A stretch of DNA of 64,000 nucleotides from Candidatus Sumerlaeaceae bacterium (GCA_051003195.1 JBPCLP010000008.1:128001-192000); one strand, 5' to 3'; shown: positions 48,504 through 60,277, counted from the stretch's first letter. Program-made: numbers and translations. The notes: generated from the sequence alone by a model not told the origin.

Positions 48504-49607
48504 GTGGGTGTCTGCGTGCGATTAACATCTTTGCGGTTATATTCTGCGGTGGTAGGAATTCTGTCGACCTCCGTTGCGGCTATCAGTGCCGATGCAACCA
48601 CCAATACGGTATCATCCGCGTTCCTTCCAACGAAGCCACTTACCGTCAGCCCTCCACAGCCTGCACCGGAAGGAATGGTGTGGATTCCGGGTGGTGATTT
48701 TTCGATGGGCTGCGACGTTGCCTGTGAAGGAATGTGCTTTCAGCCGGGCACGACACAGGACGCGCTGCCGGTGCATCAGGTCCGTCTGCAGCCGTTCTGG
48801 ATGGACGCGACGGAAGTCACCAATGCACAGTTCGAAAAGTTTGCGAAGGCAACTGGCTATGTCACGATTGCTGAGCGAACTCCTACTAAAGAAGAATTCC
48901 CGGATGCGCCACCAGAAAACCTCGTCGCGGGTTCAACGGTCTTCACGCCCAGCAGCGAACCCGTGCCCCTCAACAACCACTACCAGTGGTGGCGCTATCA
49001 GCGAGGTGCAAACTGGCGGCACCCCGGCGGCCCGGAGACAAACCTCGATGGCCGCGAAAACTACCCCGTCGTTCAAATCGCCTACGACGACGCGCTTGCC
49101 TATTCTGAATGGGCCGGCAAGCGGATGCCTACTGAAGCTGAATGGGAGTTCGCCGCGCGCGGGGGATTAACCGGTCAGGTGTATGCGTGGGGAAATGAAT
49201 TCCGACCGGGCGGCAAACACATGGCAAATACCTACCAGGGAAAGTTTCCCGTCGCCGACACCGGCGAAGATGGCTATGCGGGAATAGCACCGGTGAAATC
49301 GTACAAGCCGAACGGCTACGGTTTATACGACGTAGCTGGAAACGTTTGGGAATGGTGCAGCGACTGGTACCGGCCCGATTACTACAGGCAGCTGTCGCTG
49401 AAAGGCAGCATTACACCAGATCCCGAGGGGCCCGACACACCCTTCGATCCGCTCGAACCAACGGAAAAGAAGCGGGTACACCGCGGCGGGTCGTTCTTGT
49501 GCACGGACGAATACTGTACCCGGTATATGGTCGGCACGCGCGGAAAAGGCGAAACGAACACGGCGACAGATCACTTGGGGTTTCGCTGTGTGAAGTCCGC
49601 GAAATGA
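48504..49607 (+). CDS. Formylglycine-generating enzyme family protein
   Basis: EVTNAQF, RMPTEAEWEFAARGG, NGYGLYDVAGNVWEW, RGGSFLCTDEYC and HLGFRC motifs; start uncertain. Confidence 0.92.
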   Translation: MGVCVRLTSLRLYSAVVGILSTSVAAISADATTNTVSSAFLPTKPLTVSPPQPAPEGMVWIPGGDFSMGCDVACEGMCFQPGTTQDALPVHQVRLQPFWMDATEVTNAQFEKFAKATGYVTIAERTPTKEEFPDAPPENLVAGSTVFTPSSEPVPLNNHYQWWRYQRGANWRHPGGPETNLDGRENYPVVQIAYDDALAYSEWAGKRMPTEAEWEFAARGGLTGQVYAWGNEFRPGGKHMANTYQGKFPVADTGEDGYAGIAPVKSYKPNGYGLYDVAGNVWEWCSDWYRPDYYRQLSLKGSITPDPEGPDTPFDPLEPTEKKRVHRGGSFLCTDEYCTRYMVGTRGKGETNTATDHLGFRCVKSAK

Positions 49608-49711
49608 AAGTGGAGTTTTGCTCAGAAAGCTCGGCGTTCGATCGTCAGATCTCTCTTTTCATGACTGCTTTCCATTCGCAATTCGGCCGCAAAGACGTTC
49701 CGGCGCTACGA

Positions 49712-50758
49712 TCAGGCGAACTGGCGCAAAAACCGCACATCGTTTTCGTAGAGGCAGCGCATGTTGTCCAGACCATAGCGTAGCATCGTGAAACGCTCGA
49801 CTCCAAGGCCGAATGCAAACCCACTTACTTCGGTCGAATCATAGCCCACGTTTTCCAGAACCTTTGGATGGATCATTCCTGCACCCAGAACTTCCAGCCA
49901 GCCGGTGGCCTTGCACACCCGGCAACTGGCATCGTTGCCCCGGCATTTGAAGCACTGTACGTCGACTTCCGCGCTGGGTTCCGTGAACGGAAAGAAGCTC
50001 GGACGGAATCTCGTTTCCAGCCCCTTGCCGAACATTGCCTGTAGAAATTCCTGCAACGTCCCCTTCAGGTGCGCCATGCTCACACCCTTGTCCACGAGGA
50101 ACCCCTCGACCTGGTGGAACACGGGTGAATGCGTCGCATCCACATCGTCCACGCGGTAAACGCGGCCCGGCGCAATGATCGCAACCGGCGGCTTGTGCTC
50201 CTTCATGTACCGGATCTGCACCGGGGAAGTGTGTGTGCGCAGAATGTGCCCGCCTGGAACAAAGAAGGTATCGTGCATATCGCGCGCCGGATGATCCGCG
50301 GGGATGTTCAGCGCGTCGAAATTGTTATACTCGGTCTCAATGTCTGGCCCGGTGGCTATGGCATAACCCATCGAAGTGAATACCCGCTGGATTTCTTCGA
50401 GTGTCTGCGTCAATGGGTGCAGCGCACCTGGTGAAGTGGCACGTGGCGCCGGCAGCGTAACGTCGACTTGTTCTCCTGCAAGCCTTTGGGAAAGCTCGGC
50501 GTCACTGATCTGCTCGAGCTTCTGCTGAAAGGCTGCTTCAACCCGTGCTTGTGCTCCATTAATAGCCTGGCCAGCAGCAGGTCGCTGGTCCGCCGATAAC
50601 TCGCCCATCCGGCGCATCAGCTCACGAATCGGGCTCTTCTTGCCCAGGATTTCGGGGCGAATGCGTTCGAGTTCCTGCGAATCTGTTGCCATTTGTAGCG
50701 CTGCCATTGCCGTTTGCTCGGCCGAGGCCAGTGCTTCTTCTAAGGTGCCGGTGCTCAT
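49712..50758 (-). CDS. pheS: Phenylalanine--tRNA ligase alpha subunit
   Basis: HPARDMHDTF, LRTHTSPVQ, FHQVEG, RFRPSFFPFTEPS and GFAFGLGVER motifs. Confidence 0.97.
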   Translation of the reverse strand: MSTGTLEEALASAEQTAMAALQMATDSQELERIRPEILGKKSPIRELMRRMGELSADQRPAAGQAINGAQARVEAAFQQKLEQISDAELSQRLAGEQVDVTLPAPRATSPGALHPLTQTLEEIQRVFTSMGYAIATGPDIETEYNNFDALNIPADHPARDMHDTFFVPGGHILRTHTSPVQIRYMKEHKPPVAIIAPGRVYRVDDVDATHSPVFHQVEGFLVDKGVSMAHLKGTLQEFLQAMFGKGLETRFRPSFFPFTEPSAEVDVQCFKCRGNDASCRVCKATGWLEVLGAGMIHPKVLENVGYDSTEVSGFAFGLGVERFTMLRYGLDNMRCLYENDVRFLRQFA

Positions 50759-50878
50759 CGCCGCTCAAAACACATGTCCGCACGGGCGCAATCAAGTGGG
50801 AAGAGTCGTCGGGCCCTTGAAAGCCAAAACAAGCATTGTGAGTTGACGCATATGGGTTTGAAGAAGCGGGCTGACCGA

Positions 50879-53800
50879 ATGAAACGGCACAGGGGCGGGG
50901 ACTTTACAGCCAGGAGAACTACATTTGCAATGTGGCTGCTGCTGGCCGTTTGGTCAGGCCTTACTGCTCCCGCGGATGCAGAGGAGACAACGCATGCCCT
51001 GTCCGAAATTGTGCCTCCGGCACTGGGCTATGACCTCAGCACCCAGCCATGGTTTGCATCTGCCGACCTTCCACCAGAATCCAGCCCGGCGAGAATACGA
51101 GAGCTGGCTACCGCGACCAGTCCGACGGTCATCCTGCGTTCAGGAACCGCAACGAAGTCCGGCATATTGTTTTGCATTCTATCGCTTCGTGAAACAGCGG
51201 ATCAGCAACTCGGTGGCCGAATCACCATCGGTGACATTGATGGCGAAGACGAAGCATATTTCAACGGCGTGAAAATCGGTGAGAGCCACGGTTGGGGCGT
51301 CACCGATTTGGGAATTCCGCGACAATATGACATACCCCCCGCGGCATTGCGGGCCGGAGAGAACGTGTTGGCGCTGCGTATTTTCGCCTGGCGAAACAAG
51401 CCAACGTTCGGAATCAAACGTCTGCCGCTGACGTTTGCATTTACTGCGCCGCAGGAACCCCGGCCGAATACAATGGAGGCTGCGGCACGCCACGATGCGA
51501 TAGACGCCGATCGTGCGCGCAGAGCGATTTTTGCGGCAGATCCCGAACTCAGCTCGACCGAGCGGCTCCACCGCAAACGACCTGGATTTGGCAGGTTCGG
51601 AGAATTTCTGTTCGATGGGCTTCCGGCGATGGCGGAGGTCAGCCCCACCCGCATTTCCTCCCGGAAAGGTCCGGTAATTGAAATCGCACTGGACGACGTT
51701 TCCTCCGCGTCAGTTGTAAATGATACAGCCCTGCCCGGAGTGGATCCGTGGCACAAACTCACGCGTGTCGTCGGCACCTCGTCTCAGCAGGTAATCCAGT
51801 ATACAGTGCATTCCAATGTGCTGTACCCAGGCGCCATACTGAAGCTGGAGAAAGGCGCAGTGCTTCCGCTTCGCGTGCGCCTTGCAGGCCGGGCAGGAGT
51901 GATTTTGCAGGCGAGTCCCGAAGAGCTGAACCACGCTGGTGTTCGAGTGTCGAAAAAAAGCACGGTAGATGTTTATGTTCTGGGCGACGCGGCTACTGCC
52001 ACTCCGCCGGCAGTTCTCGTTCTTTCTGGCTTATCTGCCAACATAACGCGATCTAACGACCAACTGGAAATCGCCCTTGCCGCAAAAGACGCGAAGCGAG
52101 GCGGTCATGTGTACATTTGTTTTCCGACCGGGATCAGAAGCATTTTGCCGAAGTCAAAGTTCGCGTCTGTCTCTGAGCTCGCAGCGACCGCCGACCCGGG
52201 ATCAACCCAGTCCACCCTGAACCGATGGCTGCGGCTCGCAGTGAATGAGCCGGTCGCCACGGATGAGTACTTTCGTGTATTGCCCGAACGTGGAGCAGTA
52301 CGCGTCTATCAGCTTTCAAGCTTTAAGGCTCCTGCTGGGTTGAGCGGGCTGCCACCCTTGCTGTTCAGGCCGCCGCAGTTGGATTTTGCGGTACAAACCC
52401 TTAGGTATCCTGTAGCGGGGCAGGAGACGACAGCAAGTGGCTTGATCACGTTCTCGGGCGAAGCCTGCTACGCGGTTCAGGATTCGCGCACGAGCGGTTC
52501 TGAGACGAGCGATTCTTCGCGAGACGATATTCATCTGACATGGTACGACCTGCCTGTACCTCCGATGAAAGAGCGCGGCATGCTCGCGGCTCCCGGGCAG
52601 AAGCAGATGCGCGAACTGTTGCTCAAGTGGATCATGAGCGATGTTGGATCTTCAGACACCCTGAACGGCGTCGATGCGCTTTATAAGTCCCGGTGCCAGG
52701 CCTTTCAATCGTGGAGCTACCTGACAACAGACACGAGGCATCGGCTGACGCAGGATTCGACTGAGCTCCTGCCGATTGCCCTGAGTGATCGGTTCTGGCA
52801 CGTACATACCGAGCCGTTATCCGGCCTTCAGTACTGGTGGACCTATTTTATCGAAGGCCCGTACTTTGATCGCTTCGACCAGGACTGGGGCAACGGGCTG
52901 TCTTTGTACGGTCTATACACCTTCATCAAGTACACGGGCCAATGGGAGCTCGCGCGGGCGCACTGGGATGCGATCGAGCGAATCTTTAGCTGGTTTACCG
53001 TAACGGATGACTGGGAATGGATGCGGGCTTCAAACGGCGCACATGGGCACGGAACGGGGGCGGGTGATTGCGAATCAGCTACGTTTGCGGCGTGCGTAGC
53101 GTACGCGCGGCTTGCCGAAGGAGCTGGCCGCGCAGACGAATACGAGTACGGAATCTACATGGCTTCACGCGCGGCTGTTTTTGCCCTGACGCGATTTGCG
53201 TACGACGACTTCGCGCGCGAATATGGGCTTGGCGAAACCAAAAGCCAGGTGCTCGGTTTTCACGAAGGGCAGGGATTCCTGGTCGGAGAACTCGACCGTT
53301 ACCCGTGGAACGTGACATCTGCGATCTCGGGCAATGGTATTCAACCTGGCAACTTTGATTTGTACCTCAAGTATGCGCCGGAGACTCTGAGATCTTACGA
53401 GCAGACGTTCGAGGCAGCTTATCCGAACTGGTCGAATGCGCAGTACCGATACAATTTCCCTACTTTGTACAAAGGTAATTCAGGCTACATCACATTGCCG
53501 CATATCTACCTGCGCGCGCGGCTCGGTATGGAGAGCTCTGATGTGTTGCATGACCTGATTCACAAGGCGGCCGAAAATCCTCACCTGTGGTGGTTGGCTC
53601 CGCCGGTAATAGCAGAGGTTATGCACAGCAAAACGGAAAGTGCCTACGTGTCCGACTGGGGCCGGTGCGCTTTCCTCGGAGGCGAAATGGTCAAAGACTC
53701 CGAAGGCGATAAGCGTCGCGTACGTTGCATCATGCGATTCGACAACCGTGAAGCGCCCAACGCGGTCGAAATTGTCCTGCCGAAAAAGCCGCAGAATTTC

Positions 53801-53908
53801 CAGATTAACGATGGCCCGGTACCGCTCACCGACAGTCAGTTGGAAGGCAATGAGCTGAGACTAAAACTTCGCCGTCCGGGCCTCAATACAGTTGTGGTGC
53901 AGTATTGA
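50879..53908 (+). CDS. Large secreted hypothetical protein: galactose-binding-like domain plus probable helical-barrel glycoside hydrolase-like domain
   Basis: Hydrophobic signal segment; IGDIDGEDEAYFNGVKIG...LRAGENVLALRI; C-terminal DWGNG...YTGQWELARAHWDAI; start uncertain (frame open from 50774). Confidence 0.55.
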   Translation: MKRHRGGDFTARRTTFAMWLLLAVWSGLTAPADAEETTHALSEIVPPALGYDLSTQPWFASADLPPESSPARIRELATATSPTVILRSGTATKSGILFCILSLRETADQQLGGRITIGDIDGEDEAYFNGVKIGESHGWGVTDLGIPRQYDIPPAALRAGENVLALRIFAWRNKPTFGIKRLPLTFAFTAPQEPRPNTMEAAARHDAIDADRARRAIFAADPELSSTERLHRKRPGFGRFGEFLFDGLPAMAEVSPTRISSRKGPVIEIALDDVSSASVVNDTALPGVDPWHKLTRVVGTSSQQVIQYTVHSNVLYPGAILKLEKGAVLPLRVRLAGRAGVILQASPEELNHAGVRVSKKSTVDVYVLGDAATATPPAVLVLSGLSANITRSNDQLEIALAAKDAKRGGHVYICFPTGIRSILPKSKFASVSELAATADPGSTQSTLNRWLRLAVNEPVATDEYFRVLPERGAVRVYQLSSFKAPAGLSGLPPLLFRPPQLDFAVQTLRYPVAGQETTASGLITFSGEACYAVQDSRTSGSETSDSSRDDIHLTWYDLPVPPMKERGMLAAPGQKQMRELLLKWIMSDVGSSDTLNGVDALYKSRCQAFQSWSYLTTDTRHRLTQDSTELLPIALSDRFWHVHTEPLSGLQYWWTYFIEGPYFDRFDQDWGNGLSLYGLYTFIKYTGQWELARAHWDAIERIFSWFTVTDDWEWMRASNGAHGHGTGAGDCESATFAACVAYARLAEGAGRADEYEYGIYMASRAAVFALTRFAYDDFAREYGLGETKSQVLGFHEGQGFLVGELDRYPWNVTSAISGNGIQPGNFDLYLKYAPETLRSYEQTFEAAYPNWSNAQYRYNFPTLYKGNSGYITLPHIYLRARLGMESSDVLHDLIHKAAENPHLWWLAPPVIAEVMHSKTESAYVSDWGRCAFLGGEMVKDSEGDKRRVRCIMRFDNREAPNAVEIVLPKKPQNFQINDGPVPLTDSQLEGNELRLKLRRPGLNTVVVQY

Positions 53909-53917
53909 AAGGTCGCC

Positions 53918-53959
53918 TGAATAGACTGTGGCAATCATCCGATTGCCGCAGTCTATTCA
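53918..53959. terminator. Long hairpin between convergent genes (possible bidirectional terminator)
   Basis: TGAATAGACTGTGGCAATC-ATCC-GATTGCCGCAGTCTATTCA: 19-bp stem with one G-U pair; no clear U-tract. Confidence 0.55.
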
Positions 53960-53968
53960 AGAACTGTA

Positions 53969-54068
53969 CTAATGTGCCGAATCAGTAGTTCCTTACCAGA
54001 CCATAGGGGCAGGGTGACCTGGATTCGGCACACAGAACAGATTACGAACTAACGGTAGACCCCACCAG
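53969..54068 (+). repeat. ~100-bp dispersed hairpin element, copy 6
   Basis: CTAA-TGTGCCGAATC...GATTCGGCACAC-AGAACAGATTACGAACTAACGGTAGACCCCA-CCAG. Confidence 0.92.
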
Positions 54069-54070
54069 GT

Positions 54071-54532
54071 TTAGTAGAGATTCCAGTCGTTAATACCTGA
54101 GACCGCAGATACTGCGATGGAATAGCTGGCACCAGTTGCCACGTTATCGGCACGGTACGCATCCACATAATAGGTGCCGGAGCTACTGGGCGTGAAGCTG
54201 AATACCTCTGCCTGGCCTGCGCCGCCACTGTCATGGACCGGCGGTTGAGTTGTGCCAGCCGAATTCTGAATCTCGATGCCGATGTCCAGTTGTGGCAATC
54301 CACTCGTAGTAGCATTGAAATTATACTGGGTTCCGGCAGTTGCGGTCCAACGGAAAAAGTCTTCACCGCCGGCACCATCTTCAGCCAAAGTGCCAGTTAG
54401 TGTGTCCGGCACAGTAAATGACACCGCACCACCACGAACGTTGTTGGATCCATCTTCCAGACCCTCACTGACAGACCAGCCAATTCCAACCGGCATGCAC
54501 AAAATGAAAGCCGACAAATATCTTAGCTTCAT
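54071..54532 (-). CDS. Small secreted protein with PPC (pre-peptidase C-terminal)-like domain
   Basis: GAGGAG RBS; signal peptide; EDFFRWTATAGTQY...FSFTPSSSGTYYV; ends in VSGINDWNLY. Confidence 0.75.
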   Translation of the reverse strand: MKLRYLSAFILCMPVGIGWSVSEGLEDGSNNVRGGAVSFTVPDTLTGTLAEDGAGGEDFFRWTATAGTQYNFNATTSGLPQLDIGIEIQNSAGTTQPPVHDSGGAGQAEVFSFTPSSSGTYYVDAYRADNVATGASYSIAVSAVSGINDWNLY

Positions 54533-54704
54533 GAACATCTCCTCGTTTGATTTCACAGCGCCGAAGTAATTTGACTGCTGCGGTATGAGACGCAAGTAGT
54601 TTATGGTGCGATGACTGCCGCCAGTAATAAAATCGAGTAATCTTGTCGGCATACGAGTTTATTTAGCTAAGCCGCTGATTCCATTGCCGTAAGCTTCGTT
54701 CTGA

Positions 54705-55967
54705 TCAGGTCCGCTTTCCTTTGTCACGACCGCCTTCCGCCTGGGCGATGGCAGGCTTCTTGAGTGTGCGCGGAGGTACCTTTTTGGCCGTTGCGGTGGA
54801 GGCGACTTCCTTCTCCGGTTCGTCTGCTGCTACACCCGGCGCCTTTGATTTTACAGGTCCGGAACCGCGAAGCGTAACTACCGTCTTGCCGCCACGAGTG
54901 GCTGTCCCGGTTTTCCGGGGAGACGCCTCCGCCACCTCGACCGTAATTTTCTCTGGCTTCGCAATGGACCGAACAGTCGGAGCTTTGGGTTGAACCGGCT
55001 TAGGCTTTGACGCGGTTGCAACAACGCGAACTGCCGGTGCAGTTGCTCTTGCCGCGACCGGTGCTGGTTGGGCCGCTGGCACGGCTGCCGGCGACGCAGA
55101 AGCTATGGCTGTGTCGATGCGAGGGCCTTGCCGGTCCGGGACACCGCGGTCTTTGTCCCTGACCAGAACCGTTGGTGCAACAGGATCAGACTCGAATTGC
55201 GCGAAATGCCGAGGCAGGAAATCGTAGCGGAGCCACCCCAGGTATGCGCAGGCGACCTCGATGTTCTTCTGGGGATCAAACACACCGCTCCCGTATTCCC
55301 AGTCCAAACCATACTTTTGTTTAATTTCAGACCAGACCACAGGCATTACCTGCATCAGGCCACTGGCTCCTGCCCCGCTGACACACGAATTGCGAAAGTC
55401 GGACTCGGTTTTCATAATCGCGCGGATCATTTGCGGGTCCAACCCGTATTTTTGAGCGGCTTGCTGGATAAAAGGCTCATATTCCGTCTGGCTGAGGTCC
55501 TGCATGTAGTATTTCAGCACACGAGGGGCGTAGTTTTGCGTCTCGCGAAAGGGAACGTTACCCCGGTATTTTAGCAAGGCATAGGGCCCGGCATTGTAAG
55601 CCTGTAGCCACAGCCTCGCTTGCTCCCGGTCGAGCGGTTGCGCGATAAAGTTATCCTGGTTGAGAGGTGCGGAAGTACCGCTGGCGTGGGTCGCGAGTTT
55701 CCAGGTCGCGTCCACCATCGAGGGAAGATCGCGTCGTCGATCAGGTTGATTTGAGGTTTCCTGCAATAAACCGGGGTTGCTTGCAAGAGCGACAAGTTTA
55801 GTAAAATCATAGCGTGACGTCTGATCTGCTGGGCTCTTGGGCTTCGGCTCCGGGGCTTTCGGACCCGTTGTTGCAACGCCTTTGGTGTGCGCGAACATTG
55901 CCATGGCGACCTGAAAGCCCATGGCAAGCCGACTACGGTATCTTAGCATATCCCTGAACATCTTCAT
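54705..55967 (-). CDS. Lytic transglycosylase (SLT domain, circularly permuted) with Pro/Ala/Lys-rich tail
   Basis: AYNAG and ETQNY motifs occur before the AIMKTES, GLMQ and DPQKNI motifs. Confidence 0.88.
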   Translation of the reverse strand: MKMFRDMLRYRSRLAMGFQVAMAMFAHTKGVATTGPKAPEPKPKSPADQTSRYDFTKLVALASNPGLLQETSNQPDRRRDLPSMVDATWKLATHASGTSAPLNQDNFIAQPLDREQARLWLQAYNAGPYALLKYRGNVPFRETQNYAPRVLKYYMQDLSQTEYEPFIQQAAQKYGLDPQMIRAIMKTESDFRNSCVSGAGASGLMQVMPVVWSEIKQKYGLDWEYGSGVFDPQKNIEVACAYLGWLRYDFLPRHFAQFESDPVAPTVLVRDKDRGVPDRQGPRIDTAIASASPAAVPAAQPAPVAARATAPAVRVVATASKPKPVQPKAPTVRSIAKPEKITVEVAEASPRKTGTATRGGKTVVTLRGSGPVKSKAPGVAADEPEKEVASTATAKKVPPRTLKKPAIAQAEGGRDKGKRT

Positions 55968-56154
55968 GCCTTCCTCCGGGCGGCTACGCATACGCGTTAT
56001 GGAAGAGGTCTTACACGGTTTATCGAGCCGCGAAACGGTTCCAATATAGTTAATAACAAATGGCGGACCATGTCCGCGCTATTTTGTCTAAGATTTGAAC
56101 TTAAAGACTTTGCGCAGGCTCTGAACCGGAATTGGGAACCCGGACTTGAAACGC

Positions 56155-57582
56155 TTACAAGTTACCGAATCGCCGTTTTGCTCTTTCAAGCACGGCACGG
56201 ATTTTTGTATCCGCTGCCTTTGCGGCCTGCTCAACGGTTGCCTGGGGATTGCCGGTGCCAGGATTTACGAGGACCGCCTTCTGCACTTCCTGCTGGAGTA
56301 CCCTGTCGATCCGCTCTCCGCCCGGTACCAGCGGCGACATTACGCCGTCCGGGAAGAGACTGAACACCGCGCTGAGACGCGGATCATCTGCAAACGGATC
56401 TCCCGCGCTGATACGTGAAGGGTACACATTCTCATATTTCAGGACGCGCTGACCTTCGCCACTCACGAGGTACAGTGCGAATTCGGCAGCCAGTCGGCGG
56501 CGCTCCGGGTCTTTTTGGCGAAAGACAACATACGTGCCCAGGCCGGAGGATGCGAGTACCGGGGTCGTCATGCTGTCTTTTTGCGGCGGCGCAGCAATCA
56601 TCCAGCGAATTGGTTTTTCCAGCTCTCCCGTGCGCCCGGCGGCCACCTTCCGGCGGTTCGTCGCTTCGATGGCATCGTTTGCGCGTTCCACGGCAGTAAC
56701 GCACCATGCGCCCTGTATGGTACAGGCGCAGGTGCGGCTGTCCCGCCACAGGCTCCAGCTTTGCTCCTGGGTGGCCGCACCGATTCCAGGAGCGGCGACT
56801 CGGTGCTCAAACTCGAGTGACTGCAATCGCCGCAGCCCCTCTATAAAAGGGGCCTCGGCTACCGTGGATTGGATGATTCCCTCAGGACGCTGCTGCAGAA
56901 TACGCCCGCCGAAATTAAAAATAATCGAGTACGCTTCGTACTCCATAGGGCCAAGGTTTGTGACCAGCCCATAAAAATTTGGCTCGGCAGATGTCGTCGC
57001 GCGGTCGCCCGCTGAAGTGCGGGTAAGCGCCTTCATTTTCACGAGGAACTCATCCCAGTTCCATCTGCCGTCTTTCGGTGGGGCAACGCCGAATTTCTTA
57101 AAAAGGTCCAGGTTGAGCAGCATGACATAACACGCCTTGTACCACGGCACCGCATAGACATGGCCCTTGTGGGAAACCGCCTTCAGGTACGCCGGATGGA
57201 AATCGCTGATATCATTCTGCAGATAGCTCTCGAGCGGTTCGAGTACGTCCTGCGCAATAAACCCCGGCAGCCCCGTACTCACCTGGCCGCAGACATCCGG
57301 AGGGCTACCGGATAGAACGGAAAGGGTCAGCTTCTGCTGCCCATCCTGCCATGGTAGCTTTGTATAACGAATACGAACTCCCGGGTGCTCTGCCTGGAAC
57401 CGGGCCATTGCAGACGTCAGATAGTCGTTCGTCCTGGGGAGGTGGGGGAAATCCCAGAACTCCAACGTGATCGGGCCGGACGCGGCGCAAAACCCCGCAG
57501 ACAAATGCACGTAGATGGCAACACAGGCAATCACCGGCTTTAAGCGGGTTGGAGGTCGTCGTGCGGATGATCGGCCGGGCAT
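56155..57582 (-). CDS. ABC transporter sugar-binding protein (SBP family 1)
   Basis: ITLEFWD, FQAEHPGVRI, GSPPDV, VYAVPWY and WNWDEF motifs; start uncertain. Confidence 0.85.
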   Translation of the reverse strand: MPGRSSARRPPTRLKPVIACVAIYVHLSAGFCAASGPITLEFWDFPHLPRTNDYLTSAMARFQAEHPGVRIRYTKLPWQDGQQKLTLSVLSGSPPDVCGQVSTGLPGFIAQDVLEPLESYLQNDISDFHPAYLKAVSHKGHVYAVPWYKACYVMLLNLDLFKKFGVAPPKDGRWNWDEFLVKMKALTRTSAGDRATTSAEPNFYGLVTNLGPMEYEAYSIIFNFGGRILQQRPEGIIQSTVAEAPFIEGLRRLQSLEFEHRVAAPGIGAATQEQSWSLWRDSRTCACTIQGAWCVTAVERANDAIEATNRRKVAAGRTGELEKPIRWMIAAPPQKDSMTTPVLASSGLGTYVVFRQKDPERRRLAAEFALYLVSGEGQRVLKYENVYPSRISAGDPFADDPRLSAVFSLFPDGVMSPLVPGGERIDRVLQQEVQKAVLVNPGTGNPQATVEQAAKAADTKIRAVLERAKRRFGNL

Positions 57583-57637
57583 CGTACGTGGAGCTTGTTT
57601 TTGCCATCTTGGACACGCAAGAACGCGATGTAAGCTC

Positions 57638-60277
<2,640 letters not shown>

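Noticed and set aside
5213..54068. The stem-variable loop-stem repeat as a CRISPR array or integron attC sites
   Set aside because: Copies are single and kilobases apart, the loops are homologous rather than unique spacers, no cas or integrase gene is present, and attC RYYYAAC/GTTRRRY ends are absent.
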